Shown here: positions 9,477 through 22,576 of the stretch, piece after piece
Numbering within the stretch: position 1 is the stretch's first letter
How the letters are laid out: every line of letters begins with the position of its first letter
Assembly (NCBI GenBank): GCA_965248355.1
Contig: OZ252098.1
Coordinates: 1,248,001 to 1,312,000 of the forward strand
DNA: 64,000 nucleotides
Reading direction: 5' to 3'
Origin: Candidatus Latescibacterota bacterium
GTDB lineage: Bacteria > Latescibacterota > UBA2968 > UBA8231
Program-made: the position numbers and the translations under genes
Notes under the pieces: model-generated
The model's database searches: none
The model's input: only the letters and a program-made list of their open reading frames with translations
What the model was told of the DNA's origin: nothing

Positions 9477-10184
9477 TCATCGATGCATCCGGCGGATACG
9501 CCCGAGCTCGCGCAGGTTGCGCAAGCTGCCCGACAGCGGCCGGAACCGACTGTCGGTGTCGTCCCGCCAGCACACGGGGATACGCGCGACGGAATACCCC
9601 GCCCGGGTTGCGAGCAGCAGGATCTCCACGTCGAACATGTAGCCGTCGACCTTCGCAGTCTCGAAGAGGCCGCGCATGACGGGACCGCGGAAGAACTTGA
9701 AGCCGCACTGGGTATCCGGGAAATCTGCGAGGCCCAGCCACCACCGCATCAGGCGCCGGAACTGCGCCGAGCCCCACTGCCGGTAGGCGCGCCTCGGGAC
9801 CTGGATGTCGGATCCGGGCAGCGTGCGGTCGCCGATAGCGATATCGGCCCCGGCTGACAGCACCCGGAATACCTCGTCGAGGGCGGCCACATCGGTCTTG
9901 TCGTCGGCATCGATGAAGCCCACGACCCCGCCCCGCGCGACCTCGAGCCCCAGGCGGACGGCGGCGCCCTTTCCGCGGTTCCCGGCAGCGCGAAGACAGC
10001 GCAACTCGGGCCGGTGCGCCATGGCTTCCTCCACGACCTCGGCCGTGCCGTCTCCGCTGCCGTCGTCGATGACGATGATCTCATGCTCCCATGGCCGGGC
10101 GGCCAGGAAGGCCCGGAGGCGGTCGACGGTGCCCACGATGCGCCTGCGCTCGTTGAAGGCGGGGATCAGTATGCTCAGGTCCAT
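9477..10184 (-). CDS. glycosyltransferase family 2 (dolichyl-phosphate glucosyltransferase-like)
   Basis: 'SILIPAFNE', 'IDDGSGDGT', 'NRGKGAAVR', 'FIDAD', 'DTQCGFK', 'FDVEIL'. Confidence 0.9.
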   Translation of the reverse strand: MDLSILIPAFNERRRIVGTVDRLRAFLAARPWEHEIIVIDDGSGDGTAEVVEEAMAHRPELRCLRAAGNRGKGAAVRLGLEVARGGVVGFIDADDKTDVAALDEVFRVLSAGADIAIGDRTLPGSDIQVPRRAYRQWGSAQFRRLMRWWLGLADFPDTQCGFKFFRGPVMRGLFETAKVDGYMFDVEILLLATRAGYSVARIPVCWRDDTDSRFRPLSGSLRNLRELGRIRRMHR

Positions 10185-10282
10185 GCAGGAGCCGGGGAAT
10201 CCGGCCGGCCGCAGCGGGTCAATCGGCTGGCAGAGGGAATCGCAACGAGCCTATACTCTCGTCAAACCGGACCGGGGGACCC

Positions 10283-10630
10283 ATGAGCGAAGAGACGGTC
10301 TTCGACCAGATCCTGAGCGGAAGGATCTCTGCCGACATCGTGTTCGAGGACGAGCACTGCGTCGCCTTTCGCGACATCAACCCCCAGGCGCCCGTGCACG
10401 TGCTTGTCATCCCGCGCCGCAAGATCACCGGCCTGCAGGCGGCGGAGCCGACCGATGCCGATCTCCTCGGGAGACTGATGGCGGCGGCCTGTGCCGTCGC
10501 CCGGCAGGAGGGAATCCTCGACCGCGGATTCCGGTGCGTGATCAACGCCGGCGCCCAGGGAGGGCAGGAGGTGCCCTATCTCCACGTGCACCTGCTGGGG
10601 GGACGGCAGCTTGGATGGCCGCCGGGCTGA
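10283..10630 (+). CDS. hinT: histidine triad nucleotide-binding protein (HINT)
   Basis: 'AFRDINPQAPVHVLVIP', 'GGQEVPYLHVHLLGGRQLGWPPG'. Confidence 0.9.
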   Translation: MSEETVFDQILSGRISADIVFEDEHCVAFRDINPQAPVHVLVIPRRKITGLQAAEPTDADLLGRLMAAACAVARQEGILDRGFRCVINAGAQGGQEVPYLHVHLLGGRQLGWPPG

Positions 10631-10660
10631 CGCGGCCGGAGAAACGGACGGTCCCCGGCG

Positions 10661-11284
10661 TCAGTCGCGCCGGATCAGGACGTAGCCGTTGGCGGCGCCC
10701 GGAACGGCGCCCTTTATGAACAGGAGGTTGCGCTCCCCGTCGATGCGGACGACCTGCAGGCCTCTCGTGGTGACCCTGCGGTCGCCCATGTGGCCGGGCA
10801 TCTTCTTGCCCTTCCACACCTTGCCAGGCGTGGTGCCCTGGCCGATCGAGCCGGGGTGTCGAACGCGGTCGGGCGTGCCGTGAGAGGTCTTCTTGCCCCG
10901 GAAACCGTAGCGCTTGACGACCCCGGCGAACCCCTTGCCCTTGGACCGTCCGGTGACCTTGACGGTGTCACCCACATCGAACTGGGAGACATCCAGCACC
11001 TGGCCGACCTCGAACTCCACGTCCACGCCCTCGGTCCGGATCTCGCGAAGGAGCCGGTGCGGAGCCAGACCGGCCTTGGCGAACTGGCCTCCGTCGGGCT
11101 TGTTCCGCTTGCGGGCGGGAACCTCCTCGAAGGCGATCTGCACCGCGGCGTAGCCGTCTCTTTCCGGATTCTTGACCCGCACGACCGGGCAGAGTCCCGC
11201 GGCCACGACGGTCACCGGAACCAGCTCTTGCCGATCGTTGTACACCTGAGTCATGCCCAGCTTCTTGCCAATCAGACCGACCAT
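10661..11284 (-). CDS. rplC: 50S ribosomal protein L3
   Basis: 'GKKLGMTQV', 'VPVTVV', 'DGYAAVQI', 'SKGKGFAGVVKR', 'PGSIG', 'MPGHMG', 'KGAVPG'. Confidence 0.97.
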   Translation of the reverse strand: MVGLIGKKLGMTQVYNDRQELVPVTVVAAGLCPVVRVKNPERDGYAAVQIAFEEVPARKRNKPDGGQFAKAGLAPHRLLREIRTEGVDVEFEVGQVLDVSQFDVGDTVKVTGRSKGKGFAGVVKRYGFRGKKTSHGTPDRVRHPGSIGQGTTPGKVWKGKKMPGHMGDRRVTTRGLQVVRIDGERNLLFIKGAVPGAANGYVLIRRD

Positions 11285-11361
11285 TCCGTTTTCCTTGTAC
11301 CCGATGGGGTCGCGTGGACTGTGGACTGCGGGCGTCTTCGCTCCAGAGATCCAAACCTGAA

Positions 11362-11390
11362 AAGTTAGGGAGCCCCAGGGACCTTGGCAA
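11362..11390 (-). promoter_or_regulatory. dedicated rplC promoter
   Basis: TTGCCA-17 nt-TAACTT, about 78 nt upstream of the rplC ATG. Confidence 0.65.
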
Positions 11391-11413
11391 TATCGTCCAA
11401 TGCCCGGTCTTCG

Positions 11414-12298
11414 ATGGATGCCGTCCTCCGCGGGGGCGCCATCGGGGACTTCGTCCTGACCCTGCCCGCCATCGCCGCTCTGCGAGAAACAGGCGGCGGC
11501 GGGATGCTCGTCATCGGCGATCCGTCGCGGGCGCCCCTGGCGTCACCGACGCAGATCGTCGACGCGGATTCGGCGGCCTGGTCCCGCCTGTTCGCCGGCG
11601 GGCCTCCAGAGGGGTCACTCCGCCGGCGGTTCGCCGGTTGCCGGCGTCTGCTCGCCTATGTCGCGGGGGGTGAGCCGGCCGCTCCACGTCTGGTGGCCTC
11701 GCTGCGGCAGCTCTCCGAGAAGGTCGTCATCGCCGATCCCCTGCCCGTCGACGGGGAGACGGTCCATGTCAGCTCCCATCTGCTGCGCCCCCTTGCTGAA
11801 TTCGGCATCCACCCGCCTCCCGATCCCCTGCCCCGTATCGAAATGCCCCTCCGCGACCGCCGGGGTGGGCCGGTGGTCGTCCATCCGGGCAGCGGCGGAC
11901 CCGCCAAGTGCTGGCCTGTGCCGCGCTTCGCAGCGCTTCTCGAGTGGCTCTCCGGCCGGGGGATCCCCGCGGTCGTGCTGTGGGGACCCGCCGAGCAGGA
12001 GCGCTCGGAAGAACTCGATCGATTCCTGCCACCGGATCGCCTGTCTCCCGCGACCCCCGTCGAGTTGGCCGAGGCCCTGGCCGGCGCCCGCCTGTACGTC
12101 GGCAACGACTCCGGCCCCGGTCATCTTGCGGCGGCGGTGGGCACACCTACCCTCTCCCTCTTCGGCCCCACGGATCCCAGAGTATGGCGGCCGTTGGGGC
12201 CCCGGGCGAAGGTGATCACGGCGCCGGATGCAACGATGGAGTCCCTCCCGCTGAAGGAGGTGCTCGGCGCGGTGGAGTTGGTCCTGAATCCGTGCTGA
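11414..12298 (+). CDS. glycosyltransferase family 9 (LPS heptosyltransferase-like)
   Basis: 'GAIGDFVLTLP', 'HPGSGGPAKCWP', 'GNDSGPGHLAAAVG', 'LFGPTDP'; start uncertain (11384 or 11414). Confidence 0.85.
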   Translation: MDAVLRGGAIGDFVLTLPAIAALRETGGGGMLVIGDPSRAPLASPTQIVDADSAAWSRLFAGGPPEGSLRRRFAGCRRLLAYVAGGEPAAPRLVASLRQLSEKVVIADPLPVDGETVHVSSHLLRPLAEFGIHPPPDPLPRIEMPLRDRRGGPVVVHPGSGGPAKCWPVPRFAALLEWLSGRGIPAVVLWGPAEQERSEELDRFLPPDRLSPATPVELAEALAGARLYVGNDSGPGHLAAAVGTPTLSLFGPTDPRVWRPLGPRAKVITAPDATMESLPLKEVLGAVELVLNPC

Positions 12299-12945
12299 GG
12301 CTCCGACGCCGAGAGGATGACGACCGCGCCCTGCGGACCCGGATGGTGGAGGAGCAGTTGCGGCGCCGGGGGATCCGCGATGAAAGGGTCCTGTCCGCCT
12401 TCGAGCGCGTGCCCCGCCACGTCTTCGCCGGCGGCGAAGACCTCCTTCGCTGCTATGGCGACCATCCCCTGCCCATCGGGTGCGGCCAGACCATCTCGCA
12501 GCCCTATGTCGTGGCCTACATGCTTGAAGTGGCGGGCCTTCGCCAGGGCGATCGGGTCCTCGAGATCGGTGCCGGTTGCGGCTATCAGACGGCGCTGCTG
12601 GCGGAACTCGCCCACGAGGTGCGAGCCTTGGAATACCACGAGCGGCTGGGGGTAGCCGCCGGCGATCGTCTGCGCCGGCTCGGTTATGACAACGTCGATC
12701 TCCGGGTCGGGGACGGGTGCCTGGGGTGGCCCGACGGCGGGGTCTTCGATGTCGTCATCGGCTCCGCCGCGGCGCCCCGCATCCCCGACGCCCTGCTCGA
12801 ACAGTTGGCGCCGGAAGGTCGTCTGATCATGCCCTTGGGTGCGGGGCTCGATCAGCAACTGGTGCTGGTCCGAAGGCGGTCTTCGGGCTTGGAGCAACTG
12901 ACCCTGCTGCCCGTGCGCTTCGTCCCCCTTCTCGGCCAGGGATAG
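12292..12945 (+). CDS. pcm: protein-L-isoaspartate O-methyltransferase
   Basis: 'VPRHVF', 'GQTISQPY', 'VLEIGAGCGYQ', 'GDGCLGWP'; start approximate (GTG 12292). Confidence 0.92.
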   Translation: MLRLRRREDDDRALRTRMVEEQLRRRGIRDERVLSAFERVPRHVFAGGEDLLRCYGDHPLPIGCGQTISQPYVVAYMLEVAGLRQGDRVLEIGAGCGYQTALLAELAHEVRALEYHERLGVAAGDRLRRLGYDNVDLRVGDGCLGWPDGGVFDVVIGSAAAPRIPDALLEQLAPEGRLIMPLGAGLDQQLVLVRRRSSGLEQLTLLPVRFVPLLGQG

Positions 12946-12949
12946 CGCC

Positions 12950-13465
12950 TCACTCCACGGCTTCGACGATCTCGATCATCACCCGCGCCGTCCCCTGCTG
13001 CACCATCTCCAGCTCCAGGGCGGCGGCAAAGGAGAGGTCGAGGATCCGTCCCTCGATGTACGGTCCCCGGTCGTTGACCTTGACCACCACCCAGCGGCCG
13101 TTCTCGAGGTGGGTGACCTTCACCACCGTGCCCAGGGGCAGCACCCGGTGGGCGGCGCTGAGCTTGTACATATTGAAGGTCTCGCCGTTGGCCGTCTTGC
13201 GGCCGTGGAACTTCTTCCCGTAGTAGGAGGAGATCCCGATCTGGTAGGCCTTGTCCGTGGAGATGCTCTCGGGGTCGACGGGATGGGCGGTCCGGGTCGG
13301 CCGAACAACGGGTGGGGGTTTCTTGTCGCGGTTGCGGTCACCCGAGGACTGGGATTTTCGAGGACTGGTCGATGCGGAGCCCGGCTGGCTGCGGTAGACG
13401 GGTGTGGGCGAGCAGCCGGCGACCAGGACGTGGGCGAGGGCGAGGGCGGCGATCCAGCGTGCCAT
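12950..13465 (-). CDS. rlpA: septal ring lytic transglycosylase RlpA-family lipoprotein
   Basis: lipobox 'VAGC'; 'SYYGKKFHGRKTANGE', 'AAHRVLP', 'VNDRGPY...ILDLS'. Confidence 0.92.
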   Translation of the reverse strand: MARWIAALALAHVLVAGCSPTPVYRSQPGSASTSPRKSQSSGDRNRDKKPPPVVRPTRTAHPVDPESISTDKAYQIGISSYYGKKFHGRKTANGETFNMYKLSAAHRVLPLGTVVKVTHLENGRWVVVKVNDRGPYIEGRILDLSFAAALELEMVQQGTARVMIEIVEAVE

Positions 13466-13486
13466 CGACGTCGGTTGGGGTCGCGC

Positions 13487-14398
13487 TCAGGTCCTGAGCG
13501 TGCCCACCAGGTCCTCCACCCGGTTGATGTTCTCCCGCCGGCAGTACTCCCCGATGCCGTCGACGATGCCGGCGGCGGCGGCGGGCTCCACGAAGGTGGC
13601 GGTCCCCACCTGCACCGCCGCCGCCCCGGCGACCATGAACTCGAGGGCGTCCGTGGCGCTGGAGATGCCCCCGAGCCCCATGATGGGCAGATCCACCGCC
13701 TGCCTCACCTTGTGCACCAGGGCCAGGGCGATCGGCTTGATCGCCGGGCCGGAGAGCCCTCCCGTCACGTTGCCGAGGAAGGGCCGCCGCGAGGGCAGGT
13801 CGACGGCCATGCCCAGGAGCGTGTTGATCAACGATACGCCGTCCGCGCCGGCTTCCGCCACCGCCCGGGCGATGGCGGCGATGTCGGTGACGTTCGGCGT
13901 GAGCTTGGCGATCACGGGCCGGCTCGTCGAAGCGCGCACGGAGGCGATGACCTGGGCCGAGGCCCGGGGACTGCAACCGAAGAGCATCCCCCCGTCCTTC
14001 ATGTTCGGAGAGGAGATGTTGACCTCGATCGCCGCGATCCCCTCCGCCTCCTCGAGGCGGGCGGCCATCTCTCCGTGCAGCGGGGCCGTCGAGGCCGCGA
14101 TGTTGACGATGACCCGCGTGTCCAGGCGCGCCAGGAAGGGCCACTTGTCGGACAGAAAGGCCTCCAGGCCCGGGTTCTGCAGGCCGATCGAATTGAGCAT
14201 TCCGGCCGGCGTCTCCACCACTCGCGGTGGGAGATTCCCGGCGCGCGGTTCGGGTGTGATCGTCTTCGTGACCATGCCGCCGAGCCTCGACAGGTCGATG
14301 AAGGGCGTCAGCTCATCGCCGTAGCCGCAGGTGCCCGATGCGAGCACCACGGGGTTGCGCAGCTGGATGCCGGCGAAGGTCGTCCTCAGGTCGACCAC
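13487..14398 (-). CDS. pyrD: dihydroorotate dehydrogenase class 1B, catalytic subunit
   Basis: 'ASGTCGYG', 'GMLNSIGLQNPG', 'KLTPNVTDI', 'GGLSGPAIKP'. Confidence 0.95.
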   Translation of the reverse strand: MVDLRTTFAGIQLRNPVVLASGTCGYGDELTPFIDLSRLGGMVTKTITPEPRAGNLPPRVVETPAGMLNSIGLQNPGLEAFLSDKWPFLARLDTRVIVNIAASTAPLHGEMAARLEEAEGIAAIEVNISSPNMKDGGMLFGCSPRASAQVIASVRASTSRPVIAKLTPNVTDIAAIARAVAEAGADGVSLINTLLGMAVDLPSRRPFLGNVTGGLSGPAIKPIALALVHKVRQAVDLPIMGLGGISSATDALEFMVAGAAAVQVGTATFVEPAAAAGIVDGIGEYCRRENINRVEDLVGTLRT

Positions 14399-14407
14399 AT
14401 CCCCCCC

Positions 14408-15232
14408 TCACCACTCGATGGTTCGGGCATCGTACACGGGGCCGTCGATACAGACCCGGCTGTATCGATGATAGGGATCGAGCCTCCCCTCTCCCCTCCG
14501 CCCGACCACGCAGCCGACGCAGACCCCGAAACCGCAGGCCATGTATTCCTCCAGAGAGGCGTAGCAGGGAACGCCCCGATCCGAGCAGAGGCGGGCCACG
14601 GCGGCCATCATGCCGTGAGGACCGCAGGTGTAGACCCTGAGCCTCGGTCCGGACACGTCGAGGGACTGGAGGAGCAGGTCCGTAACCCGCCCGGGGTGAC
14701 CCCGTGTGCCGTCGTCGGTCGCCCGGAGGAAGGTCCGAGCTGCGGGGCGGAGAAGATCGTCGGGCAGATGTCGGTCGGCGCTCCGAGCGCCGGCCAGAAG
14801 ACGGACGTCGTGGCCTTGGGCACCGAGCCGCCGGCCCAGGAACAGCAGCGGCGGAAGACCGATCCCCCCTCCAACGAGCGCCGCGGTCTCCCCTCCTCCC
14901 GGCTCGGGGAAAGGGTGTCCGAGCGGCCCGAGGCATCCAAGGGTTTCTCCTCTGGTCAATCGCGCCAGGGCCCTCGTCTTCGGTCCGATGCGATCGTAGA
15001 GGACATCCACCGTTCCGTCGGCCTCGTCGACCCCGGCCACACTCATGGGGATTCGCAGGTAGGGGGAGAACACCTCGGCCGGCCGGGGCTGCAACTGCAG
15101 GAACTGACCGGGACCGATCCCAAGGGCAGCCTCCGGGATCTCGAGCCGGGTAAGGAAGAACCCGGCGGCCACCTCCGCGGTCCACCGCACCTGAGCGGGG
15201 CCGTCCACGGCGCAAGGCCAAGTCTCCGTCAT
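14408..15232 (-). CDS. pyrK: dihydroorotate dehydrogenase electron transfer subunit
   Basis: 'PGQF', 'GPLG', 'GGGIGLPP', 'CGPHGM', 'MACGFGVCVGC...VCIDGPV'. Confidence 0.93.
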   Translation of the reverse strand: MTETWPCAVDGPAQVRWTAEVAAGFFLTRLEIPEAALGIGPGQFLQLQPRPAEVFSPYLRIPMSVAGVDEADGTVDVLYDRIGPKTRALARLTRGETLGCLGPLGHPFPEPGGGETAALVGGGIGLPPLLFLGRRLGAQGHDVRLLAGARSADRHLPDDLLRPAARTFLRATDDGTRGHPGRVTDLLLQSLDVSGPRLRVYTCGPHGMMAAVARLCSDRGVPCYASLEEYMACGFGVCVGCVVGRRGEGRLDPYHRYSRVCIDGPVYDARTIEW

Positions 15233-18200
15233 TCCCCACTCCCCGGCGAAGCCTCGGCCCCCCGTCCGGCGAGGTCCTCCTCGGCCAGCAGGAGCGGCGG
15301 CCCGTCGGCCGCTCCGTCCTTCGAGGGCTCAGCCATCTCCTCACCCACCTCGACGGAGGGCGGTGAGAAGGGGACCGCCACCTCCGCCCAGGTGCGAGCC
15401 GGTCTCTCATCGTTCCCTTCGGCCGGGTAGAAGGTGTAGCCTGCGGCGGCGGCAAGGGCGGCCGAGGCGAAGGGCTCGTCGCCCTGGTAGAGAGAGACCT
15501 CCTCGGCCTGACCGGTCACCGAAACAAGCACGTCGACATAGACGGTGATCGAATCCGTCTGGCCTGCGGGGTACTCAGGCAGGCGACTGGAGCGCAACAG
15601 CGGGGGTTCGGTTACCCCGAAATAGCGCAGAGGAAGCTCCAGAACCTCTTCCTCCGGCTCGAGCTCCAACTTCTCCAGCCCGTCGAGATCCAGCGGCTCG
15701 GACTTGGCCCCGGCGAGACCGGGGAAGAGGACGATCAGGTCCCTGACGCCCGGGGACTCCCGGTCCCGTCGCGCGATGGTGCGCAGATAGGTGTTGGCGG
15801 AGTCCTCCCGGCCTTGCCGGACGTGGTAGGCGAACAGGCGGTAGTGGGGCAGAATGGACTTGGACCGCTGCCCGAGAGCCTGACGCAGGTAGTCGACGGC
15901 GTCCTCCAGGTACCCCTGCTGCCAGTTGCTCTCCCCCAGACCGACCAGGGGCTCGCTGTTTCCCGGCCCCCCCTTTTCGTCGAGACTGAGCAGGAACAGC
16001 TCCTGGGCGGCGCTGAAGTCTCCGCGGCGCAGGGCGCGCATGCCGAAACCCACGTGATTCCTCGCCCTCGAGGTCGAGTCCTCGAACATCGGCTCCACCG
16101 CGACCAGAACGAGGCGTTGTACCGGGTCGGTTCCTTCTCTCAGGCTCTTCAACTCGCGGCCGAGCCGATCCACCACTCCGTCCCGTTCCGCCTGCCGCCG
16201 CCGGCCGACCAGATCGGCGTAGGAGCTGCCCGGGTAGAGCACCAGGATCGAATCGTACCTCGCCGCGGCGCCCGCGGAGTCGCTCTGGACGTTCTCCGCG
16301 GCCCAGGCCGCCAGAAAGGCGGCGCGGGCGGCAACCCTCGTTCCGGGGTAGGCGCCGGCCAGATCATCCAGTTCGGGCACCCAGCGCGCCGGCTCCTCGG
16401 GGAACTCGAGACGCACCCGCTCGATCTGGGCGAAGGCCTCGGCCGCCTGCTCCTCCGCCGAGGCCTGGTCAGGCAGTCCGAGATACCGCCGTGCCTCGCT
16501 CGCGTGCTCCGTGGTCGGGTGTTCGGCCACCAGGCGTTCGAGGATCGGCCGCGCCGCCGTGCTGTCGGCCCTTTGCTCGATGTGGGTCCAGGCGAGGTTG
16601 AACAGGGCCCGGGGAATCTGGGGGGACCCGGGAAAACGGTCGGCGATCGCGTTGTAGAGAACGGCCGCCGAGTCGGGGAGCCCCAGCCCTTCGCGGTATA
16701 CCTCGGCGGCGGAGAACAGGTTGTCCATCAGGGTCGGCACCTTGGAACCCGGGCGGCGCTCCAGAAGTCGTCGCCGGCGCCGTTCCCGGGCCCTCTCCTC
16801 CCCCTCCGGACCCTTTGGCCCTGGGGGCAGCCCCACCAGCGGAACCCAACGGCCGAGGGAGTCGAGGTCCGCTACGTAGCCCTCCAACCCCTCCGGTACC
16901 AGCGGCTCCGGAGCGAGAGCGGGCTCCGAACCCGGAACCTCGGTGGAATCGGCAACCTGCGCCGCAGTCGAGTCCACCGGAATCCCCGCCGCCGAGACCG
17001 CCGTGTCCGGGACCGCCGCGGCCGTCACCAGCCCCCCGACGGCGCCGAGGGAATCGCCGGCCACGATGTCCAACCCCTCCGGTACGAGCCGCTCCGGAGC
17101 GAGGGTGGGATCCGGCCCCGGAACCCCGGTGGAATCGGCGGCCTGCGCCGCAGTCGAGTCCACCGGAGTCCCCACCGATGAGACCGCCGTGTCCAGACCC
17201 GTCCCGGCCATCACCGCCCCCCCTATGGCGCCCAGGGAGCCCGGGGGCCCCGTGACGGGTTCCTGGACAGCGGCCGTGTCGGGCTCCGCTTCCGGGGAGG
17301 TCGAGAGGGACCCCGCCTGCAGAGCGGCGGCGGTGGAGTCGGCCCCGTAGATCTCCTCCAGCAGGGCGTCCAGCCGGCCCGTCGTCACCAGCATCACCCG
17401 CGCCAGTGAATCGGCCTCGGACCCGCGGCGCTCGCGGCCGACCTCCTTGAAATAATCCTGAGCCTGCGGCCGGTCTCCGCGGTCCTGCAGGTAGACCAGA
17501 CCCGTCTGATAGAGGGCCATGGCCGAGACCGCGGTCCCGGGGAAGTCGTCCCGCACGCGCTCGAACTCCTCCAGCGCCGCCGGCAGAGCTCCGCTCTCGC
17601 GGTGATACCGGCCGATGAGGATCCGCGTCTCCCCCTCCCAAGGGCGGAACCGACCTTCCCGGAGCAGGGAACGGTAGGCGTCGAGAGCCGGAACCGGCTC
17701 GCCCTGGCGGTAGAGCACGCGGCCCCGGTTCAGCCGGGCGCGGTACTTCACCGAGTCGGCGCGGGCTTCGCCGAGGGCGCGGTCGTAGGCGACGACGGCG
17801 CTGTCGAGATCCTCGGCACCGTCCAGGGCGAAGTGGGCGTTGCCGATCCGCAGCCAGAGTTGGTCGGCCAGTGGCGTGCGGGAAAAGGCGGAGAGGGTCG
17901 TGCGGTAGTCGTAGATGGCGGCGCGCAGGTCGCCCCCCGCGGCGGCCATGTCGCCGAGCTCCATGCCGGCGCGGTCACCGACATGGCTGCGCTCGAGGAC
18001 GAGGGCCGTCAGAAGGGCCCGGGCCTCTCCCGCGTGGCCCAGATCCCGCTGGCAGCGGGCCCGCCAGAGCCGGGCCCGGTCGACGTACTCGCTGTCAGGG
18101 AAGTTCTCCTCGAGATCCTGGAACGACCTGGCTCCGTAGGCGTAGTCTCGCTGCCAGTAGAGGGCCTGCCCGACGAGAAACATGGCGTCGTCGACGAGCT

Positions 18201-18469
18201 CGCTCTCGGGGTGCTTCTCCAGAACGATGGACGCCTTGCGCACCGCCTTTTCGTACAGGCTCTCGTACCCGGCGCCGCGACTGCCCCGACCGGACCCCCG
18301 GCCCAGCTCGGCCCCGCCCCGCCCTCTCTCCTCCTCGACGCGGGCCTTTTCCGCCTGACGGAAGTACTTCTCCGCGTTGTAGTAGGTGTTGAAATAGACG
18401 CACGAGGCGGTGGCGGTGAGGAACAGCCCCGCGGCCCGGGCGAGGTGCAGCGACGACCGGGACGACCGG

Positions 18470-18477
<8 letters not shown>
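15229..18477 (-). CDS. large TPR-repeat lipoprotein with low-complexity linker and C-terminal TonB-C-like domain
   Basis: N-terminal '[13 protein letters not shown]' (lipobox-like); many TPR-like units; C-terminal 'PEYP...[11 protein letters not shown]...[17 protein letters not shown]...EVAVPF'. Confidence 0.7.
16883..17238 (-). repeat. 186-bp (62-aa) in-frame tandem duplication inside the TPR gene
   Basis: copies at 16883-17052 and 17069-17238; 'SLGAxGG...[32 protein letters not shown]' occurs twice. Confidence 0.9.
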
Positions 18478-21700
<3,223 letters not shown>

Positions 21701-21887
21701 GCTCGGGGGCGCCCCTACCCGGGGGGGCGAAGGAAGGGAATGGTCGATCGGGGAGAGGCCCGCCTGCCCGGGGACAGAAGGCCCAGATATGGCAAGAGCA
21801 GGAGCACCTTGGGCACGCCTGCTCGAAAACGCGACTGCACGGCGCCGGCTCGCAGGACCGCGAGCCTGCGTACCATCGCCTGCCGGC

Positions 21888-22442
21888 CTAGTCCTGCATG
21901 AGACCCAGCCAGACCAGCAGGATGATCAGGGCGATCGTCGTCGCATATCCAAGTCGCAGGAGCTGATCGCGGACCTGCACCCGGTCGAGGGCCCAGGTGG
22001 CCGGCCCCCGGCGGCGGCTGAAGGCCGGAGCTCTCCGCGGTTCGTCGCCCTCGCCCTGGAACCTGTGCGCATCGATCAGGCGCACGAGGGAGGGATCGTG
22101 ATCGGCGATGACACGCAGAATCGATCGCTTGCGCCGCGCGACCTTCTCGGAGAACTCCCGGGAGGCCGCCCCCTGTCCGTCCTGGTCCGTCTCTTCGACA
22201 TCGCCGACGGAAACCTCGGCAGGCCCTCCCTCGGCCTGATCGGCGATGAGCACGGTCTGCTCGCGGGCGAGGCCCTCGGTGAGTTCGCTGACGACCGTCC
22301 GGTCCTTGACGTTTTCCTGGATGACGGCGAAGCAGGCGTCGATGAAGCGCTTGAAGTCCTGCCGAATCTCCTGTTCGGAAAGGCCGAGGAGGTACGACTC
22401 CTCGATCATCTCCTCGATCGCCTCTTTGACCTTCGACGACAT
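21888..22442 (-). CDS. hypothetical protein with a single C-terminal membrane anchor
   Basis: typical GC3 codon pattern, AGGA before ATG 22442, consensus promoter upstream, hydrophobic C-terminus '[14 protein letters not shown]'. Confidence 0.7.
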   Translation of the reverse strand: MSSKVKEAIEEMIEESYLLGLSEQEIRQDFKRFIDACFAVIQENVKDRTVVSELTEGLAREQTVLIADQAEGGPAEVSVGDVEETDQDGQGAASREFSEKVARRKRSILRVIADHDPSLVRLIDAHRFQGEGDEPRRAPAFSRRRGPATWALDRVQVRDQLLRLGYATTIALIILLVWLGLMQD

Positions 22443-22547
22443 ATCCTGAACTGTTTCGAGCCGTGAAAACAGGACGACCGGAGCCTCCCCGGGGGTGGGA
22501 GACCCGACCGCAGGCAGGGCGGATCGTACTGGGTACAACGTGGAGTT

Positions 22548-22576
22548 ACATTACTCGATCCCTCCGAGAGTGTCAA
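22548..22576 (-). promoter_or_regulatory. sigma70-type promoter for the 21888-22442 gene
   Basis: TTGACA-17 nt-TAATGT; the -35 box overlaps the nnr stop codon. Confidence 0.7.

Noticed and set aside
16883..17238. CRISPR or mobile repeat
   Set aside because: Two diverged in-frame coding copies with no spacers; no CRISPR array or cas gene seen anywhere in the window
21701..21887. PyrR attenuator or riboswitch upstream of carB
   Set aside because: No PyrR-binding consensus and no U-tailed terminator; only a 7-bp hairpin at 21847-21866
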